The notes beneath the pieces are model-generated. The model had not been told where the DNA came from, did no database searches, and was given only the letters and a program-made list of their open reading frames with translations. Shown in pieces: positions 56,837 through 64,000 of a DNA stretch of 64,000 nucleotides. The stretch is from assembly GCA_944350425.1 (NCBI GenBank), contig CALVOX010000001.1:41155-105154 (forward strand). The letters run 5' to 3'. The first letter of the stretch is position 1. Each line of letters opens with the position of its first letter. The position numbers and the translations under genes were made by a program. This DNA comes from an uncultured Bacilli bacterium. GTDB lineage: Bacteria; Bacillota_I; Bacilli_A; RFN20; CAG-826.

Positions 56837-59416
56837 ATGCTTGATAAACGATATGATTTTAAAAAAATAGAAGAAGGGAAAGTAGCTAACTGGAGAGAAA
56901 AGGGTTATTTTTTAGCTGGCGATACATCTAAAAAACCATTTTCAATTATCATTCCACCTCCAAATGTTACTGGAATTTTACATATTGGACATGCTACTGA
57001 TAATACTTTTCAAGACATTATTTGCCGTTATAAAAAGGCAAAAGGATTTGACGTTCTTTATCTTCCAGGTGTTGACCATGCAGGTATTGCAACTCAAGCA
57101 AAAGTTGATGCAAAATTAAAAGCAGAAGGAATTGATAGATTCCAAATCGGAAGAGAAAAATATTTAGAAGAAGCTTTTAAATGGAAAAACGAAAAAAGCG
57201 GAATTATTCATGCTCAATGGGAAAAATTAGGCTTAATGCTTGATTACACTAGAGAAAGATTTACTCTTGATGAAGGCTTCCAAGATGCTGTTTTTCTTGT
57301 TTTTAAACGACTTTATGATGAAGGTTTAATCTATCGCGGGGAAAGAATTGTTAACTATGACCCTGAAATGAAAACAGCATTAAGTAATATTGAAATAGTT
57401 TATAAAGAAGACAAAGGTCATTTCTACTATTTTAAATATCGTTTTGTTGACGATAAAAATAATTATCTTTCAATTGCAACAACTAGACCTGAAACAATGT
57501 TTGGTGATACTTGTATTGTTGTAAATCCTAATGATGAAAGATATAAAGATGTTATTGGTAAAAAAGTTATTAACCCAGCAAATAATGAAGAAATTCCAAT
57601 TATTGCTGATGAGTATGTAGATATTAATTTCGGAACTGGTGCTATGAAATGTACCCCAGCCCATGATCCAAACGACTTTATTATTGGTAAAAAATATAAT
57701 CTAGCTCATCCAGTCATTATGAACACTGATGGTACAATGACTGCAGAATGTGGAAAATATTCTGGTTTAGATAGATTTGAATGTAGAGAAAAACTTTTAA
57801 AAGACATCGAAAGTCATGATGATTTGATTAAAATAGAGGAAATCACTCACCAAGTCGGTCATTCAGAAAGAAGCGATGCTGTTGTTGAACCAATTTTATC
57901 TAAACAATGGTTTGTTAAGATGAAACCACTTGCTGAAAGAGTTTTAGAAAATCAAAAAACAGAGCATAAAGTAAAATTTTATCCTGAAAGATTTGAAAAT
58001 GTTTTAACAAGATGGCTTTCTGATATTGACGATTGGTGTATTTCTAGACAACTTTGGTGGGGACATAGAATTCCTGTTTGGTATAAAAAAGGAAGTGAAG
58101 AACTAGTTGTTTCTAAAACTTGTCCAGGTAATACTGATGAATGGTATCAAGATGAAGATGTATTAGATACTTGGTTCTCATCTGCTTTATGGCCTTTTGC
58201 AACTTTAGGTTGGCCAAAAGAAACTCCTGATTTTAAAAGATATTTTCCAACGTCTTGTTTAGTTACTGGATACGATATTATTTTCTTCTGGGTTTCAAGA
58301 ATGATTTTCCAATCACTCCATTTTACAAATCAAATTCCATTTAATGATGTAGTAATCCATGGATTAGTTAGAGATCCAAAAGGCAAAAAAATGTCAAAAT
58401 CTGCTGGAAATGGTGTTGATCCAATTGCAATTATTGATCAATATGGGTGTGATTCTTTAAGATATTATCTTGCAACGACTGCCGCCCCTGGTTTAGATAT
58501 TAAATATAACGAAGAAAAAATTGCATCGTCTAATGCTTATTTAAATAAAATTTGGAATAGCGCAAGATATGTCTTAATGAATATTCCAAATGATTTTGAT
58601 GCAAATACTAAAATTGACTTTAATGATTTAAATGAACTCGATAAATTCATTTTTGTTAGATTAAATGAGACAATCGCTAAAGTTACTGGTGCAATGGATA
58701 AATATGAATTTGGCATTGCTTGTTCAAATCTTTATTCATTTGTTTATGATGATTTCTGCGATTTCTATCTTGAAATGTCTAAGGTTAGTTTATCAAATGA
58801 AGCATATAATAAAAATTCAACTTATTATACTTTAATAACAATTTTAAAGAATATTTTATTAATGATTTATCCATTTGCTCCATTTATTAGTGAAGAAATT
58901 TATCTTTCACTTCCAAATCATAAAGACTCAATTATGTTAGAATCTTATCCTGAAGTTGATAAATCAGTTTCTTTTGACATTTCAAATATCTTGTTTGTAA
59001 AAGAAACAATCGAAAAAATTAGAGCTTACAAGGTAAACAACGAATTAAAACCTAATGAAAAAATTAAATTATTCATTAAAACTTCAAAGAATATCGATTC
59101 ATTAATCCCATATATTCAAAGATTTACCTTTGCTTCAAGCATAACTTTAACAAGTGAAGAAGTTTCAGGATCTTCAATTATTATTGATGGTGGAATTTTA
59201 TATATTCAAGATGATGTATCAAAGGAAGAAAAACTTGCTACTTTAAATAAACAACTTGAATCAGTTTTAAAAGATATTGATAGAAGTGAACACTTACTTA
59301 ATAATCCTAACTTCTTAAATAAAGCAAATCCTGATAAGGTCAAAGAAGAACAAGAAAAATATAGAAAATATTTAGAACAAAGAAAATTAATCGAAGAAAA
59401 AATTAAAAATATTTAA
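56837..59416 (+). CDS. valS: Valine--tRNA ligase
   Basis: HIGHATD and KMSKSAGN motifs, with a C-terminal coiled-coil. Confidence 0.95.
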   Translation: MLDKRYDFKKIEEGKVANWREKGYFLAGDTSKKPFSIIIPPPNVTGILHIGHATDNTFQDIICRYKKAKGFDVLYLPGVDHAGIATQAKVDAKLKAEGIDRFQIGREKYLEEAFKWKNEKSGIIHAQWEKLGLMLDYTRERFTLDEGFQDAVFLVFKRLYDEGLIYRGERIVNYDPEMKTALSNIEIVYKEDKGHFYYFKYRFVDDKNNYLSIATTRPETMFGDTCIVVNPNDERYKDVIGKKVINPANNEEIPIIADEYVDINFGTGAMKCTPAHDPNDFIIGKKYNLAHPVIMNTDGTMTAECGKYSGLDRFECREKLLKDIESHDDLIKIEEITHQVGHSERSDAVVEPILSKQWFVKMKPLAERVLENQKTEHKVKFYPERFENVLTRWLSDIDDWCISRQLWWGHRIPVWYKKGSEELVVSKTCPGNTDEWYQDEDVLDTWFSSALWPFATLGWPKETPDFKRYFPTSCLVTGYDIIFFWVSRMIFQSLHFTNQIPFNDVVIHGLVRDPKGKKMSKSAGNGVDPIAIIDQYGCDSLRYYLATTAAPGLDIKYNEEKIASSNAYLNKIWNSARYVLMNIPNDFDANTKIDFNDLNELDKFIFVRLNETIAKVTGAMDKYEFGIACSNLYSFVYDDFCDFYLEMSKVSLSNEAYNKNSTYYTLITILKNILLMIYPFAPFISEEIYLSLPNHKDSIMLESYPEVDKSVSFDISNILFVKETIEKIRAYKVNNELKPNEKIKLFIKTSKNIDSLIPYIQRFTFASSITLTSEEVSGSSIIIDGGILYIQDDVSKEEKLATLNKQLESVLKDIDRSEHLLNNPNFLNKANPDKVKEEQEKYRKYLEQRKLIEEKIKNI

Positions 59417-59472
59417 TGAAGTTGGCATAAAAATTATTCATAAAAACATTCTTGAATAAAAAGGAGGTTTTT

Positions 59473-59655
59473 ATGAATAAGGTAATGCTTAGCAAAGAAG
59501 AATTAACTTCAATTAAACCTGGTGAAGCGATAACTTTAGCAGCTGTAATTGCTATAATGGCGATTTCAATTTTAACTGTTGCAGTTTATAAGCTTTTTAC
59601 TTCTGAAGAAGCTGTAATCAAACTTCCAGGTGGATATCAATTTACTTGGGGTTAA
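59473..59655 (+). CDS. Small membrane protein (60 aa)
   Basis: Start chosen at ATG 59473 (MNKVMLSK…) after AAGGAGG. The 59452 ATG would place the RBS inside coding. One TM (AITLAAVIAIMAISILTVAVY). Confidence 0.4.
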   Translation: MNKVMLSKEELTSIKPGEAITLAAVIAIMAISILTVAVYKLFTSEEAVIKLPGGYQFTWG

Positions 59656-59691
59656 TTCGATAAAAAATATTAAAACTTCGATAATTATCAT

Positions 59692-59720
59692 TTGTTTTTT
59701 AACTTCGCTTATGATATTAT
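59692..59720 (+). promoter_or_regulatory. Promoter for the rplU-prp-rpmA operon
   Basis: TTGTTT, 17-nt spacer, TATTAT. Confidence 0.4.
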
Positions 59721-59721
59721 A

Positions 59722-59831
59722 CATGCGTTGTAACTTCATATTAGCTACAACCGCATTAAAAAGGTTGATAAAATTCAACAAAATTGAATACCTTCAGAGC
59801 GAGTATTATTTAATTAATGGAGGAAACAAAG
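59722..59831 (+). promoter_or_regulatory. Structured 5' leader of rplU (possible L21-leader autoregulatory element)
   Basis: Hairpins gcgttgtaac…ctacaaccgc and attcaa…ttgaat between the promoter and the GGAGG RBS. Confidence 0.3.
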
Positions 59832-60140
59832 ATGTACGCTATAATTTTAACTGGTGGAAAACAATTAAAAGTTGAAGTTGGCCAAAAAATCTATGTCGAA
59901 AAATTAGACGCTAAAGTTGGCGATGAATTCACATTCGATAAGGTTTTATTAGTTGCTGACGGTTCAGTTAAAACAGGAAATCCATATATTGATGGCGCTA
60001 AAGTCGTTGCTAAAGTTGAAAAACAAGGCTTAGGTAAAAAAATCGAAGTCTTCAAATTCAAACCAAAAGACAATTACAAAAGAAGCTACGGCCATAGACA
60101 ACCATACACCTGTTTAACAGTCACAAGTATTAACGGATAA
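59832..60140 (+). CDS. rplU: 50S ribosomal protein L21
   Basis: [18 protein letters not shown]…. Start at ATG 59832 after GGAGG. The ORF-track start at 59817 includes the RBS. Confidence 0.9.
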   Translation: MYAIILTGGKQLKVEVGQKIYVEKLDAKVGDEFTFDKVLLVADGSVKTGNPYIDGAKVVAKVEKQGLGKKIEVFKFKPKDNYKRSYGHRQPYTCLTVTSING

Positions 60141-60143
60141 TAA

Positions 60144-60464
60144 ATGATTAATGTTGAGTATATAGAAAATAAAGCAAACATTGCATATATTAAAATATCA
60201 GGTCATGCAAATTATGATGATTATGGTAAAGATATAGTTTGCTCGGCAGTTAGTGCAATATCAATTGGGGCTTTAAATGCTCTAAGAAATATTGAAAATT
60301 ATGCTATTACTCAAAAAGAAGGATTAATTATCATCGAAAGCAAAAACGAAAGTTCTTATGAAGATAATATAATTCTTCAAACAATGCTAACTCAATTAAA
60401 AACAATTGAGCAAAGTTATCCAAAATTTATACAAATAGTAAGATTGATTAAAAGAAAGGAGTAA
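60144..60464 (+). CDS. prp: Ribosomal-processing cysteine protease Prp
   Basis: [22 protein letters not shown] is the Prp (YsxB) signature. Confidence 0.8.
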   Translation: MINVEYIENKANIAYIKISGHANYDDYGKDIVCSAVSAISIGALNALRNIENYAITQKEGLIIIESKNESSYEDNIILQTMLTQLKTIEQSYPKFIQIVRLIKRKE

Positions 60465-60468
60465 AACG

Positions 60469-60762
60469 ATGGAATTAAGATTTAAACTTGATTTACAACT
60501 CTTCGCTTCCCACAAAGGTGTTGGTTCAACAAAAAATGGTAGAGATAGTGCTGGACGTAGATTAGGCGCAAAAAGAAGCGACGGCCAATATTGTAAAGCA
60601 GGCGCAATTATTTATAGACAACGTGGAACAAAAATCTATCCTGGTGTTAACACTAAAAAGGGTGGAGACGATACAATTTTTGCTACTAAAGCTGGTATTG
60701 TAAAATACGAAAGAATAGGCAAAAATAAAAAAAGAGTATCTGTTTACGAACTTGCTGCTTAG
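60469..60762 (+). CDS. rpmA: 50S ribosomal protein L27 (with N-terminal propeptide)
   Basis: …[25 protein letters not shown]…. The Prp cleavage motif is present. Confidence 0.9.
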   Translation: MELRFKLDLQLFASHKGVGSTKNGRDSAGRRLGAKRSDGQYCKAGAIIYRQRGTKIYPGVNTKKGGDDTIFATKAGIVKYERIGKNKKRVSVYELAA

Positions 60763-60775
60763 TTAAATAATAGTT

Positions 60776-60808
60776 AACCACCTGCTTTGCGGGTGGTTTT
60801 ATTTTTTG
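60776..60808 (+). terminator. Rho-independent terminator
   Basis: aaccacctg-ctttg-cgggtggtt followed by ttatttttt. Confidence 0.7.
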
Positions 60809-60818
60809 TAAAAATTTT

Positions 60819-62084
60819 ATGTTTATAGATCGAGCAACTATAGAAGTAAGAAGTGGAAAAGGCGGTGATGGTGCCTTAACTTTTTTACACGAAAAATTTA
60901 GACCAAATGGCGGTCCAAGTGGTGGAAATGGTGGAAAAGGTGGCTCAATTTATCTAAGAGCTTCGAATTCTACTACAACACTTGTTAATTTCAGACATTC
61001 AAAAACTTTTATTGCCCAAGATGGTGAAAAAGGTGGAAATAAGCTTCAATATGGTAAAAATGCACCTGATATCTATATTGATATTCCTTTAGGTACAGTA
61101 GTTTATCTCGAAGAAAACCATAAATTCATCATTGATATGATGGAAAATGGTCAAACCTATCTTATTGCTAAGGGTGGAAGAGGCGGAAGAGGTAATGCTT
61201 GTTTTAAATCAAGTAGAAATAAGGCTCCTAGAATCTCTGAAAATGGCTTACCAGGTGAAACTAAAAGAATTATTTTGGAATTAAAATTACTTGCTGATGT
61301 AGGTATTATTGGATTTCCAAGTGTTGGAAAATCAACTTTTATATCTTGCGTAAGTAATGTAAAACCTGAAATTGCTGATTATCCATTTACAACAATAGTA
61401 CCTAATTTAGGTGTAACTTACTTAAAAGATGGTAGTTCGTTTGTTTTAGCTGATATGCCTGGTTTAATCGAAGGCGCATCAAAAGGTAAAGGCTTAGGTT
61501 TAACTTTTTTAAGACATATTGAAAGAACAAAAGTACTCATCCATGTTTTAGATATGACCAGAGAAGACCCATATAATGATTATTTAGTAATACGTAAAGA
61601 ATTAGAAGAATATGGGATGAATTTAACTGATAGACCTGAAATTATTGTAGCTTCTAAAATGGATGAAGAAGGAGCTGATAAGAAACTTTCTGAATTAAAA
61701 AAGAAATTAAATAAAGAAATTTATCCTATTTCATGTTTAACAAACGAAGGAATTGATGCTGTTTTATATAAAGCTAAAGATTTATTAGCTACTGCAAAAA
61801 CTTTCCCTATTTATAAAGAAGAAGAACTTGAAAAAGTTTATAATCTTGATGAAGATAATAAAGATATATTTACTATTGAAAAAGTTAAAGAACATCTTTA
61901 CATCATTAAGGGCGAAAGAGTTGAAAGAACATATGATTTAATTAATATCACTACTGATGAAGGTATGATGAGATTAATTACTTACCTTACAAAAATTGGT
62001 GTTGATGAAAAACTTAAAGAAATCGGTGCTGAAGATGGTGATATTGTTAAACTTAAGGATTTTGAATTTGAATATTTTGAATAA
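60819..62084 (+). CDS. obg: GTPase Obg
   Basis: MFIDRATIEV…GGNGGKGG glycine-rich Obg fold, GFPSVGKST, and a C-terminal OCT domain. Confidence 0.9.
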   Translation: MFIDRATIEVRSGKGGDGALTFLHEKFRPNGGPSGGNGGKGGSIYLRASNSTTTLVNFRHSKTFIAQDGEKGGNKLQYGKNAPDIYIDIPLGTVVYLEENHKFIIDMMENGQTYLIAKGGRGGRGNACFKSSRNKAPRISENGLPGETKRIILELKLLADVGIIGFPSVGKSTFISCVSNVKPEIADYPFTTIVPNLGVTYLKDGSSFVLADMPGLIEGASKGKGLGLTFLRHIERTKVLIHVLDMTREDPYNDYLVIRKELEEYGMNLTDRPEIIVASKMDEEGADKKLSELKKKLNKEIYPISCLTNEGIDAVLYKAKDLLATAKTFPIYKEEELEKVYNLDEDNKDIFTIEKVKEHLYIIKGERVERTYDLINITTDEGMMRLITYLTKIGVDEKLKEIGAEDGDIVKLKDFEFEYFE

Positions 62085-62106
62085 TCATTACTTTAAAAAA
62101 GATTAA

Positions 62107-62658
62107 ATGATTTCATATATGAAAGGTAAAATAGTAGAGATAGATCAAAGTTCTGTCTCTCTATTTTTAAATAACATTGCTTTTAAAATTTATGTAAAAG
62201 AAAATGAAACTTTTGTTTTAGGAGAAGAAGTAAAACTATATGTTTTTGATTATCTTAAAGATGAGTTATTTTCTTTATATGGGTTTAAAAATATCGATGA
62301 TTATTTAATGTTTAAAAAATTAATAAATGTTAATGGAATAGGTCCAAAAACGGCTTTAACAATTTTGTCTAATATTGATTCAAACACTTTAATTTATTTA
62401 ATAAAGCAAAAAGATATTAAAACTTTAAAAAAATATCCAGGAATCGGCAATAAAGCCGAGGCAATTGTTATATCTTTATATAGTAAAATTAAAGACTTAT
62501 TAAACGCAGATTTATTCCGCTATAAAAATGTTTTTGAAGCGCTTAAAAATTTAGGTTATAAAGAAAAAAGTATCTCTGATATTATTTACTCTTTAGAAGA
62601 TAATTTAAGCGATGAAGATGCTTTAAAAGAAGCGATTAGGAGAATAAATGTTTTATGA
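62107..62658 (+). CDS. ruvA: Holliday junction helicase subunit RuvA
   Basis: MISYMKGKIVEI…LINVNGIGPKTAL HhH pairs. Confidence 0.85.
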   Translation: MISYMKGKIVEIDQSSVSLFLNNIAFKIYVKENETFVLGEEVKLYVFDYLKDELFSLYGFKNIDDYLMFKKLINVNGIGPKTALTILSNIDSNTLIYLIKQKDIKTLKKYPGIGNKAEAIVISLYSKIKDLLNADLFRYKNVFEALKNLGYKEKSISDIIYSLEDNLSDEDALKEAIRRINVL

Positions 62659-63611
62659 AAAATAAAATAGATAATCTCCTAAGGCCTTCAAGTTTTGATA
62701 CGTTTTTTGGTCAAGAAGATGTGACAAATCAGCTTAAAATTCATATTTTTAGCGCCAAAAATAGAAAAACTGTTCTAAATCATATACTTTTTTATGGACC
62801 TCCAGGATTAGGAAAAACTTCTTTAGCAAATATTTTAGCAAATGAGATGGGAAATAAACTTATTACTATTACTGCTATATCTTTAGAGAAAGTTCCAGAT
62901 TTAATATCAATTTTAGGTCAACTAGAACCTGGAGACATTTTATTTATCGACGAAATTCATCGTTTAAAAATTGAGTTATGTGAAATACTTTATAGTGCAA
63001 TGGAAGACTTTAAAATTTATGTAAGTTATAAAAACGATGAAAATACAAAACTATTAACATTGAATCTAGCACCTTTTACTTTAATTGGTGCAACAACAAA
63101 TATTGGATGTATTTCAAAGCCACTTTATGATCGATTTCCTTTAATTTTTAAGCTTAATTATTATGATGAAAAAACTTTATGGAAAATAATTGATCATAAT
63201 AAAAAAATTTTCAGCTTAAATATCGATAGTAGTTTATACAATTTAATCATTGAAAGAAGTAGATTCACTCCTCGATATTTAAATAATATTTTATTTAAAA
63301 TTAGCGATTATTCTCTTTATTATGGTCTTAAAAAAATAGAAGAAGATGATTTAATAAAAGCTTTTAAATGTATGAAAATAAACGAAGGTGGATTAACATT
63401 TGAAGATATCGAAATTATAAAAATTATTGGTAAAAATTTCTCAAATAAACCAATTTCTCTAGAATCAGTCGCCTCAATGCTAAATGAAGATGTTAACAAT
63501 ATTAAAAATATAAACGAACCATTCCTTGTAAGATCGAATATTATTTTAAGAACAAAAAGAGGGAGAATGTTAAGCCAAAAAGGACTAAAAATTCTAGAAA
63601 AATATAGTTAA
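62655..63611 (+). CDS. ruvB: Holliday junction helicase subunit RuvB
   Basis: GPPGLGKTSLA Walker A, LFIDEIHRL Walker B, TLIGATT sensor 1. ATGA overlap with ruvA. Confidence 0.85.
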   Translation: MKNKIDNLLRPSSFDTFFGQEDVTNQLKIHIFSAKNRKTVLNHILFYGPPGLGKTSLANILANEMGNKLITITAISLEKVPDLISILGQLEPGDILFIDEIHRLKIELCEILYSAMEDFKIYVSYKNDENTKLLTLNLAPFTLIGATTNIGCISKPLYDRFPLIFKLNYYDEKTLWKIIDHNKKIFSLNIDSSLYNLIIERSRFTPRYLNNILFKISDYSLYYGLKKIEEDDLIKAFKCMKINEGGLTFEDIEIIKIIGKNFSNKPISLESVASMLNEDVNNIKNINEPFLVRSNIILRTKRGRMLSQKGLKILEKYS

Positions 63612-63651
63612 TTTTAATATAAATTTAACAACAAATTTGCGAGATATTTTA

Positions 63652-63680
63652 TTGTATTAAGAAGCTTTATTCGATATAAT
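63652..63680 (+). promoter_or_regulatory. Sigma70-type promoter for the last gene
   Basis: TTGTAT, 17-nt spacer, TATAAT. Confidence 0.45.
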
Positions 63681-63732
63681 TTACATCGAATATTTTATAA
63701 ATAATATTTATAAAAAGAGGATTAAGTATTTT

Positions 63733-64000
63733 ATGAAAAGATTAATTGCATATATAAGTTTAGTTGCTACGATGCTCTTATCGGCGTTAGTTGGCTTAGT
63801 TCCCTCGTTTTTAAATGTTAATTCAACAGGTGAATATGAGTCTCAACATACTTATGTTTATAAGATTTCTGAAAAATCTTACGATATTTCTAATGGTGGA
63901 ACAACCGATGATGGAGATATTTCTGATCAAGATAAACAAACACGTTTAGATGAAACTGTTGAAGAAATTAAAACAAGATTATCAAACGCTGATGTAAGTG
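63733..64000 (+). CDS. Hypothetical secreted/membrane-anchored protein, 3'-truncated by window edge
   Basis: MKRLIAYISLVATMLLSALVGLVPS… with an aagagga RBS. It runs off the end of the window. SecD-like position after ruvB in some genomes, but no SecD motifs were seen. Confidence 0.45.
   Translation, partial: MKRLIAYISLVATMLLSALVGLVPSFLNVNSTGEYESQHTYVYKISEKSYDISNGGTTDDGDISDQDKQTRLDETVEEIKTRLSNADVS

Noticed and set aside
57470-57664. 64-aa minus ORF
   Set aside because: Antisense within valS.
59452-59472. Upstream ATG for the small membrane protein
   Set aside because: It would translate the AAGGAGG Shine-Dalgarno. ATG 59473 preferred.
59572-60073. ORFs 59572-59781 (-), 59630-59875 (+), 59891-60073 (-)
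   Set aside because: They overlap the rplU leader/promoter and rplU itself. The 59817 ATG also includes the GGAGG RBS, so rplU starts at 59832.
63668-63699. Hairpin tattcgat-ataatttac-atcgaata plus ttttat after ruvB
   Set aside because: The stem overlaps the TATAAT -10 of a well-spaced promoter (TTGTAT-17-TATAAT). It more likely reflects the promoter than a terminator, although a weak terminator role cannot be excluded.
1-64000. UGA=Trp (Mycoplasma code 4) reading
   Set aside because: TGG is used throughout for Trp, and all large housekeeping ORFs are intact under the standard code. No evidence for TGA sense codons.
1-64000. tRNA, rRNA, CRISPR, transposase/integrase
   Set aside because: Scanning for tRNA T-loop/acceptor patterns, direct-repeat arrays and recombinase motifs found nothing convincing. 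A systematic tRNAscan/CRISPR search was not possible here.

Overview
This is a 64 kb window from a very AT-rich bacterium that uses the standard genetic code (TGG Trp, long ORFs intact, TGA apparently a stop). The gene content points to an Acholeplasma-like wall-less Mollicute or a closely related AT-rich Bacillota. Supporting features are many lipobox lipoproteins, a truncated dcw cluster (mraZ-rsmH-ftsL-like, then ftsA-ftsZ, with no pbp or mur genes), T-box leaders, Prp-processed L27, and no clpX between tig and lon. Most of the window is core housekeeping: glgP (5' partial), rtcB, pheST, the division genes, ileS-lspA-rluD, rnhC, mutS2-uvrC, tig-lon-engB-valS, rplU-prp-rpmA-obg and ruvAB. 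A large maltodextrin utilisation locus lies at 24.3-38.8 kb. It comprises a cytoplasmic GH13, two tandem GH77 MalQ paralogs, MalEFG, a lipoprotein alpha-amylase, a long-form MalK and two unknown lipoproteins. The first MalQ has lost two catalytic carboxylates, and the operon carries a sigma70-like promoter with a perfect cre site. The most unusual segment is a small accessory island at about 2.5-5.3 kb. It holds a DarG-like macrodomain gene interrupted by a frameshift at a homopolymer, convergent with an operon of XRE HTH, an ImmA/COG2856 zinc peptidase fused to an unknown roughly 270-aa domain, and two small proteins of unknown function. Other oddities are a second decayed region with a GDSL-hydrolase pseudogene plus a well-signalled 52-aa ORF (38.8-40.1 kb), an orphan AAA+/DUF4143 ATPase next to an Arc-like ribbon-helix-helix small ORF, and an extremely AT-rich low-complexity stretch (7.1-7.8 kb). 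No rRNA, tRNA, CRISPR array, transposase or integrase was recognised.
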